Assembly (NCBI GenBank): GCA_036774405.1
Contig: DAIPBO010000001.1
Span: forward strand, 22,968 to 86,967
Direction of reading: 5' to 3'
DNA length: 64,000 nucleotides
Source: Chloroflexota bacterium
GTDB lineage: Bacteria > Chloroflexota > Anaerolineae > UBA1429
The number at the start of each line of letters is the position of its first letter. Positions within the stretch are counted from its first letter, which is position 1. This document shows, piece by piece, positions 26,214 through 34,873 of this stretch. The position numbers and the translations under genes were made by a program. The notes below the pieces were generated by a model, which had not been told where the DNA came from, made no database searches, and saw only the letters and a program-made list of their open reading frames with translations.

Positions 26214-27041
26214 ATGGGCACAAAGGCGTTGGGTGAGGCTCGGCTCGCCCTGGTGGGCGGTGGTGTGATGGGCACGGCGATTGCTGCAGGGCTCTTGCAG
26301 CGAGGGCTGACGCAGCCGGCACAGGTGATCGTCAGCGAGCCAGTGGCAGCGCGCCGCGAAGCGCTCGAGGCCGAGCTCGGAGTGGCCACCACCGATAATG
26401 GTGCCCAGGCCGTAGCAGGGGCAGACCTGATCATTCTGGCCGTCAAGCCTCAGGTTTTGACCGATGTGCTCAGCGGCCTCAAGGGCCTCATCGCGCCAGA
26501 TGCTCTGGTTTTGTCTATTGTGGCAGGGGCTACCATCGAGACGCTGTGTTTTGGGCTCGGTGTGTCAGCGGTGGTGAGGGTGATGCCCAACACACCTGCG
26601 CAGGTGGGCGAGGGGGCCATCGTCTGGACGGCTACTCCGGCCGTCTCTGCTGCGCAACGCGAGATGGTGGCCGAGATTCTGGCCGCTCTCGGGCTGGCGA
26701 TCTATGTCGAGCACGAGCATTACCTCGATGCAGCTACGGCCTTGAGTGGCTCGGGGCCCGCCTATGTGCTGCTTTTCATCGAGGCGCTCGCCGATGTGGG
26801 CGTCGAGATGGGCTTTAGCCGCGATCTAGCAGCGCGGCTGGCGTTGCAGACCGTCAAGGGTACGGCCATCTATGCTGAACAGAGTGGGCAACATCCCACT
26901 ATCCTGCGCAACCAGGTTACCTCGCCTGGTGGCACCACCGCGGCGGCGCTCTCTGTGTTTGAGCAGGGCGCCTTTCGCGGCGTGGTGGCGTCGGCAGTCA
27001 AGGCGGCCTGGCGCCGTGCCATCGAGTTAGGAGCCAAATAG
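26214..27041 (+). CDS. proC: pyrroline-5-carboxylate reductase
   Basis: LALVGGGVMGTAIAAGL Rossmann motif and ProC C-terminal dimerization domain pattern. Confidence 0.85.
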   Translation: MGTKALGEARLALVGGGVMGTAIAAGLLQRGLTQPAQVIVSEPVAARREALEAELGVATTDNGAQAVAGADLIILAVKPQVLTDVLSGLKGLIAPDALVLSIVAGATIETLCFGLGVSAVVRVMPNTPAQVGEGAIVWTATPAVSAAQREMVAEILAALGLAIYVEHEHYLDAATALSGSGPAYVLLFIEALADVGVEMGFSRDLAARLALQTVKGTAIYAEQSGQHPTILRNQVTSPGGTTAAALSVFEQGAFRGVVASAVKAAWRRAIELGAK

Positions 27042-27043
27042 TC

Positions 27044-27322
27044 ATGCCGGGTACAGCTCAGGGTTTTATTCTGCTATTCATTCGGTTTCTTGCCAGTGCC
27101 TTTAATATTTGCCTGTTAGTGAGGATTTTTCTACCTTTCTTTACAGGAATGCAGGGCGGTAGGCTCTATCAGTTTGTGTATGAGATCACTGAACCTGTGC
27201 TTGGGCCCATCCGCCGGGTGATCCCACCGATGATGGGGCTGGACTTTTCGCCCATGATTGCGATGATGTTGGTGAGCCTACTGCGCTCGGTCATCAGCAC
27301 GCTGGCGCTACGCCTTTTTTAG
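27044..27322 (+). CDS. yggT: YggT family membrane protein
   Basis: 92 aa, two TM segments. Follows yggS and proC as in ylmE/ylmG clusters. Confidence 0.7.
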   Translation: MPGTAQGFILLFIRFLASAFNICLLVRIFLPFFTGMQGGRLYQFVYEITEPVLGPIRRVIPPMMGLDFSPMIAMMLVSLLRSVISTLALRLF

Positions 27323-27364
27323 CAGGCGTAACGCCAGCGCTCCGTCGAGGCTGAAAGGAGCAAT

Positions 27365-28630
27365 GTGAGCAGACGCTATGCGGTGATCGGAGCGGGATCG
27401 CGTGGGCTCAACATGTTTGCGAGGCCACTGCTCCGTGACCTGGCGGATTGCACCGATCTCGTTGGGCTGTGTGACCTGAACCCTCTGCGCCTGGCCAGTG
27501 CGGCGCGCGAGCTGGCGCCGTTGATGAGCGCCGAGCTGCCCACCTTTGTCTCGCTGACCGAGATGCTGGCGACCGTTAGGCCCGATGCCCTCGTCGTGGC
27601 CACAGTCGATCGTACGCATGCCGAGCTTGCCGTGCAGGCCATGCATGCTGGCTGCGATGTGATCTTGGAAAAGCCGATGGCTACCACGGCCGAGGGCGTG
27701 CTAGCCATCCTCAGGGCCGAGCGTGAGACGGGCCGCCAGGTCAAGGTGAGCTTTAATGCGCGCTATGGCGCGGCCGCCGAGACCATCGCGCGCCTGCTAC
27801 GACAGGGCGCCATCGGTCGGGTGTTGTCGGCCGAGTTCGTCGAGTACCTGGACACTTCACATGGCGCAGACTATTTCCGGCGCTGGCACCGCCGCAAAGA
27901 GAACTCGGGTGGGTTGCTGGTGCACAAGGCCTCGCACCACTTTGACCAGCTCAACTGGTGGCTGAGCGATGACCCGGTGCGCGTCTATGCCGATGGCGGC
28001 CTGCGCTTCTATGGGCCTACGCGCCTGGAGCGCGGTGAGCGTTGCCGCACGTGCGCCTATTACGGTGAGTGCCCCTTCTTCCTCGACATCGAGGCAAATG
28101 AGCAGTTGCGCGCCATGTATCTCGAGACAGAGTCGGCTGACGCCTACTGGCGCGACCGTTGCGTCTTTGCTCGTGAGATCGATATCGAAGACACGCTCGG
28201 GCTGGTGATCCGCTACCAGGGCGGGGCCATCGTTACCTATGCCCTCTGCGCTTTTGCCCCTTACGAGGGGCAGCGTATCGGCTTTAACGGCACCCAGGGC
28301 AGGCTCGAGGTCGACCTGGTCGATCGTTATCACGGGCCCGACGATCAGGGCACTCTGCGTGAGTATGCCCTCGACACGCCCGCTGTAGTGCGGGTGAGCC
28401 CCCTTTTTGGGCGGCCTTTTGAGGTGCCCATCGAGCAGCGTAACGAAGTTGGGCACGGCGGCGCTGACGCGCGCATTCGCAATCATCTCTTCCGCCCTGA
28501 AGCCGATGACCCGCTGGCACAGCGCGCCGACGCGCGCGCAGGCGCGCTCTCGGCGCTGGTAGGCATTGCTGGCAACCGGTCGCTGGCAACTGGGGCGGCG
28601 GTGGACATCACGAAGTTGCTCGAGGGCTAG
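27365..28630 (+). CDS. Gfo/Idh/MocA family oxidoreductase
   Basis: MSRRYAVIGAGSRG N-terminal Rossmann signature. HKASHHFD motif in the C-terminal alpha/beta domain. Confidence 0.8.
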   Translation: MSRRYAVIGAGSRGLNMFARPLLRDLADCTDLVGLCDLNPLRLASAARELAPLMSAELPTFVSLTEMLATVRPDALVVATVDRTHAELAVQAMHAGCDVILEKPMATTAEGVLAILRAERETGRQVKVSFNARYGAAAETIARLLRQGAIGRVLSAEFVEYLDTSHGADYFRRWHRRKENSGGLLVHKASHHFDQLNWWLSDDPVRVYADGGLRFYGPTRLERGERCRTCAYYGECPFFLDIEANEQLRAMYLETESADAYWRDRCVFAREIDIEDTLGLVIRYQGGAIVTYALCAFAPYEGQRIGFNGTQGRLEVDLVDRYHGPDDQGTLREYALDTPAVVRVSPLFGRPFEVPIEQRNEVGHGGADARIRNHLFRPEADDPLAQRADARAGALSALVGIAGNRSLATGAAVDITKLLEG

Positions 28631-28650
28631 GCCAACACCCAGGAGCAGAT

Positions 28651-28812
28651 ATGGCTGGCCAGTGGCACACAAAGCAATGGCGCTTTAGGCTGTACGCGGC
28701 TCTGGCTACCTTGACGGCGCTGACACTCTTCGTGCTGGGGCTGGATCTCTTTGAGATGTGGCTGATCGTGCTGGTCAGCGCCTATGCATATTGGGTCTTT
28801 AGGCTGGACTAG
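28651..28812 (+). CDS. unannotated small membrane protein (53 aa)
   Basis: ATG 28651 is 5 nt after an AGGAG Shine-Dalgarno sequence. MAGQWHTKQWRFRLYAALATLTALTLFVLGLDLFEMWLIVLVSAYAYWVFRLD, stop TAG 28810-28812. Below the ORF-track size cutoff. Confidence 0.4.
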   Translation: MAGQWHTKQWRFRLYAALATLTALTLFVLGLDLFEMWLIVLVSAYAYWVFRLD

Positions 28813-28822
28813 AGGAGGTGTG

Positions 28823-29524
28823 GTGATACGCGCGGTTTCATTCGATCACTGGGGCACCCTGGTCGATGCGGATCATAGCAACAAGGGCGAGCGTCTTGGC
28901 TTTTTGGGGCGCTATTTGCCCGCCGCCAACGGCGAGCAAATAGCTCAGGCGTGGGATCGTAGCTGGGAGCGCTTCCACAAGCTGTTGTTCAGCGGCCTCA
29001 GCCCCAGCACACCCACATTCCTGAGTTTTGTGCTCGACGAGCTGGGCATTGCCCTCGAGCCCGATGCTTACGCTCAGGTGGTAGGCTACTGGCAGGCAGC
29101 CATGCTCGATGCGCCGCCGCGCCTGTTGCCGGGCGTTGTCGAGGTGCTTGAGGCGGTGCGCGCTCGGGGCCTGCGCGTGGGCTTGATCTCTGACACCGGA
29201 GTGACGCCAGGCTCTGTGCTAAAAGAGCGGCTGCGACAGACTGGTCTGTTGCCTTACTTTGATCATCTCACCTTCTCAGACGAGATTGGCGTCACCAAGA
29301 CGCGACAGTACCCCTTCCGCCATACGGCACAGGCGCTCGGCGTCAGCGTCGCTGACATGCTTCACGTGGGCGATCTCCCCGAAACCGACATTCGCGGCGG
29401 CCGAGCTGCAGGCTGTCGTACGGCTCTACTGCTCGAGGTGTCTGATCGTCGCGATGGCATTCCAGACGCCGATCTGGTGCTCGAGCATCTCATTGATCTG
29501 CCCACCGCGCTCGACAAGCTCTAA
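28823..29524 (+). CDS. HAD-superfamily hydrolase
   Basis: VSFDHWGTLVD motif I. GTG start 28823 with a GAGGAGG Shine-Dalgarno sequence. The ORF-track ATG 28784 has no Shine-Dalgarno sequence and overlaps the small ORF. Confidence 0.75.
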   Translation: MIRAVSFDHWGTLVDADHSNKGERLGFLGRYLPAANGEQIAQAWDRSWERFHKLLFSGLSPSTPTFLSFVLDELGIALEPDAYAQVVGYWQAAMLDAPPRLLPGVVEVLEAVRARGLRVGLISDTGVTPGSVLKERLRQTGLLPYFDHLTFSDEIGVTKTRQYPFRHTAQALGVSVADMLHVGDLPETDIRGGRAAGCRTALLLEVSDRRDGIPDADLVLEHLIDLPTALDKL

Positions 29525-29539
29525 GCCCATATCACGCGA

Positions 29540-29579
29540 AATGAACAACGCCCCGTTACCAAACGGGGCGTTGTTCATT
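29540..29579. terminator. 18-bp perfect hairpin, bidirectional terminator between the HAD gene (+) and the FGE-family gene (-)
   Basis: AATGAACAACGCCCCGTT-ACCA-AACGGGGCGTTGTTCATT, 15 nt after the TAA at 29522-29524 and 12 nt before the minus-strand stop at 29592. Confidence 0.65.
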
Positions 29580-29591
29580 GAACAGGCGCGT

Positions 29592-30548
29592 TTACTTGGC
29601 GCAGCGAAAGCCCAGCGTGCTGAACTTGAAGGTTGGCTCGCCCGAGCCCCGAGCCGTGGTTGTGACGCTCTCGGCGGCGTCGAACCACGAGCCACCGCGG
29701 TATACTTTATGTGTTTCGCCAAAGCGGTCCATGTAGTAGAGGCTGCCGCGATAGGCATCGAACCAGTCTGCAGTCCACTCCCAGACGTTGCCCACCATGT
29801 CTTCGGCCCCGTAAGGGCTGGCCCCTGACGGGTAACTATCTACTGGCGACGTATCGCGCACGCCCGATTCTGCCGAGTTGGCCCTGGCGCTGTCAAAGGA
29901 ATCCCCCCAGGGGTAGATGCGGCCATCATCGCCACGAGCGGCCTTTTCCCACTCCATCTCCGTCGGCAGGCGCTTGCCGGCCCAGGCGCAGTAGGCGCTG
30001 GCATCCTCCCAGCTTACCCACACCACAGGATGGTTCTCCTTGCCTGTGGCGATAGCGCCATCTTCCCAGTGACGCGGTGCTTCGGCCCCGGTGTCGTCCA
30101 CATAGGCCTGATAGTCGGCATTGGTCACAGGATACTTGTCGATGTTAAAGCCATCGATCTCCACCTGTTGTCGTGGCGACTCCTCTGGCTTGTCCATACT
30201 GCCGAATGTAAAGGAGCCACCTGGCACATATACCATCGCAGGATCGTCCGCCGGCGCAGAAGTGGGAGCTTTGGTGGGCCAAGGCGTGCGCGTCGGCAAG
30301 GCGGTGCCAGTGGGCGCGGGCGTTTCCGTCGGCATGACCGTACCATTGACCACCACGGGCGTCGGTGTATCGGTGACGGGGAGCTCAACCTTAAAGGCCA
30401 GAGTGCTGGTGGCTGTGGGCTGATTCTGTGTCTGCCCCGTATCGCCGCTGTCAGCGCCTTTACTGCAGCCGACGAGGGCAACCAGTAGAGCAAGGCCCAA
30501 CACGGAGCCCAGCAGCATGTATCGGGTCGCCAACAACCTGTGGCTCAT
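29592..30548 (-). CDS. formylglycine-generating-enzyme (SUMF1/FGE) family lipoprotein with Pro/Thr-rich linker
   Basis: Signal peptide and LVGC lipobox, PT-rich linker. C-terminal FGE-sulfatase domain motifs (GGSFTFG, RGGSW, YRGGS). Confidence 0.75.
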   Translation of the reverse strand: MSHRLLATRYMLLGSVLGLALLVALVGCSKGADSGDTGQTQNQPTATSTLAFKVELPVTDTPTPVVVNGTVMPTETPAPTGTALPTRTPWPTKAPTSAPADDPAMVYVPGGSFTFGSMDKPEESPRQQVEIDGFNIDKYPVTNADYQAYVDDTGAEAPRHWEDGAIATGKENHPVVWVSWEDASAYCAWAGKRLPTEMEWEKAARGDDGRIYPWGDSFDSARANSAESGVRDTSPVDSYPSGASPYGAEDMVGNVWEWTADWFDAYRGSLYYMDRFGETHKVYRGGSWFDAAESVTTTARGSGEPTFKFSTLGFRCAK

Positions 30549-30624
30549 AGTCTCTGCTCCTTGTGGTCTACCACTGATCTGAGCGCGACGACGTCGCCAT
30601 CACCGTTGATGACTCATGAAGAGA

Positions 30625-30653
30625 ATTATACCAGCGCGTAAGGCGGTGGCCAA
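30625..30653 (-). promoter_or_regulatory. strong promoter of the FGE-family gene (TTGGCC-17-TGGTATAAT)
   Basis: Minus strand: -35 TTGGCC (30648-30653), extended -10 TGGTATAAT (30625-30633). AAGGAG Shine-Dalgarno sequence before ATG 30548. Confidence 0.5.
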
Positions 30654-30709
30654 ACACTGGCAGATTGCACAAAGCGTCAGGAATCGTTAGTCTTCTGGTG
30701 CTTTTCGCC

Positions 30710-30738
30710 TTGACAGAGCTACGGGCTGCTGATAGACT
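30710..30738 (+). promoter_or_regulatory. promoter of the LysM-SBP operon (TTGACA-17-TAGACT)
   Basis: -35 30710-30715, -10 30733-30738. About 100-nt 5' UTR, GGAAGGAGAGAGG Shine-Dalgarno sequence, ATG 30848. Confidence 0.5.
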
Positions 30739-30847
30739 GCTTTCATGTATCCCCTCGGTACAAGGGCTACCCTAGAATCTGTGGGGGCCAGCGAATGTAG
30801 CCGTAGGGTGCCGGTGGTTATGCGTTACTGAGGAAGGAGAGAGGCCC

Positions 30848-32707
30848 ATGAAATCCGTGCGTATCCTTTTGGCAATGGCGATGCTGGCTATCAGCTTGCT
30901 CGCCGTGGTGCCTGTAGCGGCTGAGGAACCCGCTGGCACCTACACCGTTGTGGCGGGAGACACCCTCTTTGAGATTGCGCTTGCTGAACTCGGCGATGGC
31001 GATCGCTACCTGGAGATCGTCCAGCTGACCAACAAGCTCAACGAAGATGACGACAAGTACGCCTTTATCGAGAACCCCGACCTGATCGAAATCGGCTGGC
31101 TGCTGGCCCTGCCCGAGGCGGGGGCAGCCACAGTCGTGGCTGAAGAGGTCATTGCCGATACGATTGCGGCCGGGGCCAAGCCGCTGGGCAACCTCAAGTC
31201 GATCAGCAAGATCGACGACTATACCGTGCAGTTCGAGTTCTACACGCCGCAGCCGGCGCTGCCAGCCCAGCTTGCGACGCCGATGATGTCGATGCACAGC
31301 CCCAAGGCCATGGCTGACCTCGGTGAGGACTATATGTACAACCCTGTCGGCACGGGGGCCTATGTCTTTAAAGAGTGGATCCCCGACGACAAGATTACGC
31401 TCGAGGCCAACCCTGACTGGTGGGGTGCAACCAAGCCGAGCATCGATACGCTGGTGTACCGCGTGGTCACCGAGCCCACCGCTCGCTTGCTCGAACTGCA
31501 GGCCGGCACGGTTGACTTTGCCTACAACCTGAACATCGATGACATCCCCACAGCCGAGGCCGACCCCAACTTGGTGACCTACGCGCTGCCGCCTCTGAGC
31601 ATCGGCTATGTCTCCATCAACCAGGACTGGGTCGATGCGGCTGGCGAGAAGCCTTTCTCCAAGCTTGAGGTTCGTCAGGCAATCGCCCATGCCATCAATA
31701 AAGAGGCGATCGTAGAGGCCCTCTATCCCGGGACCGGCATCGCCGCCAAATCCTTCATGCCGCCCGCTCTCTGGGGCTACAATGAGGACTTTGAGGACTA
31801 TGCCTATGACCCAGATAAGGCTATCGAGCTCCTCGAGGATGCAGGCTATCCTGACGGGATCGAGACGGACCTCTGGGTGATGCCCGTCTCGCGCGGCTAC
31901 TATCCTGACCCCCCCAAGGTGGGTGAGGCGATTCAGGCCGACCTCAAAGCCGTTGGCATCGACGCCAAGATCGTGAGCTACGACTGGGGCACCTACCTGC
32001 AGAAGGCCCGCCTTGGCGAACCCGCTTTGTGCATGTTGGGCTGGATGCCAGACTTTCCGGATCCCGACAACTATCTGTTCACCTTCTTTAGTGGCAACAC
32101 CCTGCAGTGGGCCGATGGCGTGCCCGATGAGGAACTGTACGACATCCTGGACGAGGCCAATAGCGTGATGGATCTTGCCGAGCGCGAACGCCTCTACAAA
32201 GAGGCCAACCAGCGCATCCATGACGTGGTGCCCGGCATCCCCATGGTGCATAACGGCGCTGTGTTTGCCTCGCTGCAGGGCCTCGAGGGTTATACGGCTT
32301 CGCCGTTGTTCGACTACTGGTACCCGGTCAGCTACACCAAAGACACGCTGATCATCGCCCGCAGCGGTGATTCGCCCGGTCTGGATGTTGCGGACGAGAC
32401 CGATGGCGAGTCCTTCTACATCGGCTGCCAGGTGTTCGACTCGCTGCTTAGCTTTGAGCCCGGCACCACCCGCGTCAAACCGGCCCTTGCCGAGAGCTGG
32501 GCCGCAAACAGCGATGGCACGGTGTGGACGTTCAAGCTGCGCCAGGGCGTCGAGTTCCATGACGGCACCGCCTTTGATGCCGACGCCGTCTTGGTCAACT
32601 TTGACCGCATCTGGGACACCGAGCATCCCAGCCGCGCCGGACATACGGGCGCCTTTGAGTACTTTAGCTACTTCTTTGGTGGCTTTAAGGGTGAGGTCGC
32701 CGAGTAG
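30848..32707 (+). CDS. LysM domain fused to ABC transporter solute-binding protein family 5 (peptide/nickel/murein-peptide type)
   Basis: Signal peptide. LysM motif GTYTVVAGDTLFEIALAELGDGDRYLEIVQLTN. Then about 550 aa of family-5 solute-binding fold. Confidence 0.8.
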   Translation: MKSVRILLAMAMLAISLLAVVPVAAEEPAGTYTVVAGDTLFEIALAELGDGDRYLEIVQLTNKLNEDDDKYAFIENPDLIEIGWLLALPEAGAATVVAEEVIADTIAAGAKPLGNLKSISKIDDYTVQFEFYTPQPALPAQLATPMMSMHSPKAMADLGEDYMYNPVGTGAYVFKEWIPDDKITLEANPDWWGATKPSIDTLVYRVVTEPTARLLELQAGTVDFAYNLNIDDIPTAEADPNLVTYALPPLSIGYVSINQDWVDAAGEKPFSKLEVRQAIAHAINKEAIVEALYPGTGIAAKSFMPPALWGYNEDFEDYAYDPDKAIELLEDAGYPDGIETDLWVMPVSRGYYPDPPKVGEAIQADLKAVGIDAKIVSYDWGTYLQKARLGEPALCMLGWMPDFPDPDNYLFTFFSGNTLQWADGVPDEELYDILDEANSVMDLAERERLYKEANQRIHDVVPGIPMVHNGAVFASLQGLEGYTASPLFDYWYPVSYTKDTLIIARSGDSPGLDVADETDGESFYIGCQVFDSLLSFEPGTTRVKPALAESWAANSDGTVWTFKLRQGVEFHDGTAFDADAVLVNFDRIWDTEHPSRAGHTGAFEYFSYFFGGFKGEVAE

Positions 32708-32721
32708 GTTCTGAGCGATCG

Positions 32722-32760
32722 CTGAGGGGTGGGGCATGCCCACCCCTCAGCCGCGTTTTG
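32722..32760 (+). terminator. intercistronic hairpin plus U tract after the solute-binding protein gene (attenuator/partial terminator)
   Basis: CTGAGGGGTGGG-GCATG-CCCACCCCTCAG 12-bp stem followed by CCGCGTTTTG, 15 nt after the stop at 32705-32707. Confidence 0.55.
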
Positions 32761-32819
32761 AGCGGTGCGGTCCGCGCAGGTCGTGCCCAGTAACGTTATC
32801 TGCCATCTGGGGAGCCTCT

Positions 32820-33893
32820 GTGACACGTTACATCATCCGACGACTAGTGCTCATCATTCCCGTATTGCTTGGCATATCGGTGGTGACTTTTGGCATGTTG
32901 CGGCTCATACCAGGCGACCCTGCGACAGTGATGCTTGGTGAACACGCCACCATCGATAGTATTGCCGAGTTCCGCGAACGCATGGGGCTCAACGAGCCCA
33001 TCTATGTTCAATACGGTATCTACCTGAGAGATCTGCTGCGCTTTGACCTTGGCCGTTCTATCATGACCAACCGACCGGTCATTGAGGAGATCCGCCAGCG
33101 TTTCCCCGCCACCCTGGAGCTCACCCTGGGGGCTATGGGCTTTGCCACCTTGTTTGGCGTCTCCTTTGGCATCATCGCCGCTTATCGGCACAACTCTGCC
33201 CTGGACGTGGGCGTCATGCTGGTGGCCTTGTTGGGCGTCTCGATGCCGATCTTTTGGCTCGGCCTGATGCTTGCCTATGTCTTTGGCTTCAAGCTGCAAT
33301 GGCTGCCGCCTTCTGGGCGCCTGCAGGTGGGCATCGAGTTGCTGCCCCTGGCGCAGGCGTGGGGCCTGAGCGACTGGGCCGCGACACATCGCGTGGGGCG
33401 CAATCTGCTCGAGTTTTTCTCGGGGTTTAACATCCTGTCAGCAGTGCTCACCGCTAACTGGGAGGCACTCTGGAGCTCGATCAAGCATCTCATCTTGCCC
33501 TCGATTGCTCTGGGGTCCATCCCCATGGCCATCATTGCTCGCATGACACGCTCCAGCCTGCTGGACACGCTGGGCGAGGACTATATACGGACGGCGCGCG
33601 CCAAGGGCCTCAAAGAGCGGATGGTGCTGTGGAGGCATGCACTGCGCAACGCTCTACTGCCGATTACCACCGTCATGGGGCTGCAGCTCGGCTTTTTGCT
33701 GGGTGGAGCCATTCTCACCGAAACGATCTTTTCGTGGCCTGGGCTGGGGCGGCTGGTGGTCAACCGCATTCTGGCACGCGACTATCCCGCTGTTCAAGGG
33801 AGCGTGATCTTTATCGCCTTTGTTTTTGTGCTGGTCAATCTGATCGTCGATGTCTCTTATGCCTATATGGACCCGCGTATTCACTATGAGTAA
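32820..33893 (+). CDS. ABC transporter permease (DppB/OppB family)
   Basis: VTRYIIRRLVLIIPVLLGISVVTF N-terminus and EAA-loop region. GTG start 32820. Confidence 0.8.
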   Translation: MTRYIIRRLVLIIPVLLGISVVTFGMLRLIPGDPATVMLGEHATIDSIAEFRERMGLNEPIYVQYGIYLRDLLRFDLGRSIMTNRPVIEEIRQRFPATLELTLGAMGFATLFGVSFGIIAAYRHNSALDVGVMLVALLGVSMPIFWLGLMLAYVFGFKLQWLPPSGRLQVGIELLPLAQAWGLSDWAATHRVGRNLLEFFSGFNILSAVLTANWEALWSSIKHLILPSIALGSIPMAIIARMTRSSLLDTLGEDYIRTARAKGLKERMVLWRHALRNALLPITTVMGLQLGFLLGGAILTETIFSWPGLGRLVVNRILARDYPAVQGSVIFIAFVFVLVNLIVDVSYAYMDPRIHYE

Positions 33894-33914
33894 ACTGAGA
33901 CGAGTGCTAGAGTC

Positions 33915-34811
33915 ATGATGACAGCGAATCCAAGCAAGCGACAGCGGGCTGGTGTTGATAAACCCTACCGCAGTAGCCTGTTCCTCGACGCCATACAGCG
34001 CCTCATTCGTGATAAAGTGGCCGTGGCAGGCCTGGTGATTATGGGCGTCTTTGTTCTTGCGGCCGTTTTTGCACCGCTGCTCGCCCCCTATGATCCTATC
34101 GCGCAGACGCTTACCCTACGGCGCCAGCCGCCATCTCTGGCGCATCCTCTGGGCATGGACGATCTGGGCCGAGATATCCTCAGTCGTATCATCTTTGGTA
34201 CACGCCGCTCACTGCAGGTGGGCGTGCTCTCGGTGGGATTGGCTATTGTCGTGGGCATGCTGATCGGGGCGCTAGCAGGCTTTGTGGGCGGCTGGCTCGA
34301 TACCGTCACGATGCGGTTTATGGACGTTATGCTCGCCTTTCCGGCACTGCTGTTGGCCATCGCCATCGTCACCATTCTGGGGCCGGGCCTGATGAACATG
34401 CTCTATGCCATCGGTATTGTGTCCATCCCCGCCTATGCGCGCATCGTGCGTGCTTCGGTGCTCAGCATCAAGCAGCAGGACTATATTCTGGCCGCACGTA
34501 TGTTGGGGGTGCGGAATCTACGTATTCTGTTCAAGCATGTCTTGCCGAATTGTCTCACGCCGCTGATCGTGCAGGGCACGTTGGGCATCGGCACCGCCAT
34601 CCTCGATGCCGCTGGTCTCTCGTTCTTGGGGCTCGGCGCCCAGCCCCCCGACCCCGAATGGGGCGCCATGTTAGGGCAGGGCCGCTATGCCGTCTTTACG
34701 GCGCCGCACATCGTGCTCTTTCCGGGCATCGCCATCATGTTGACGGTCTTGGGCTTTAACCTGTTGGGCGATGGCCTGCGTGATGCCCTGGACCCACGCC
34801 TGCGCATCTAG
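33915..34811 (+). CDS. ABC transporter permease (DppC/OppC family)
   Basis: Typical DppC N-terminal region and BPD_transp_1 motifs. Confidence 0.8.
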   Translation: MMTANPSKRQRAGVDKPYRSSLFLDAIQRLIRDKVAVAGLVIMGVFVLAAVFAPLLAPYDPIAQTLTLRRQPPSLAHPLGMDDLGRDILSRIIFGTRRSLQVGVLSVGLAIVVGMLIGALAGFVGGWLDTVTMRFMDVMLAFPALLLAIAIVTILGPGLMNMLYAIGIVSIPAYARIVRASVLSIKQQDYILAARMLGVRNLRILFKHVLPNCLTPLIVQGTLGIGTAILDAAGLSFLGLGAQPPDPEWGAMLGQGRYAVFTAPHIVLFPGIAIMLTVLGFNLLGDGLRDALDPRLRI

Positions 34812-34873
34812 TCGCTCAGCCGTGATACAGATACGGGGCCGCCATGACGGCCCCGTTCGCTCTGCTGCCACGC

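Noticed and set aside
30818-32743. 641-aa ORF antisense to the LysM-SBP gene. Similar long antisense ORFs occur at 45831-47639, 42217-43401, 11902-12753 and 25021-26202.
   Set aside because: Typical high-GC antisense artefacts. No recognisable domains, and they fully overlap well-supported genes on the other strand.
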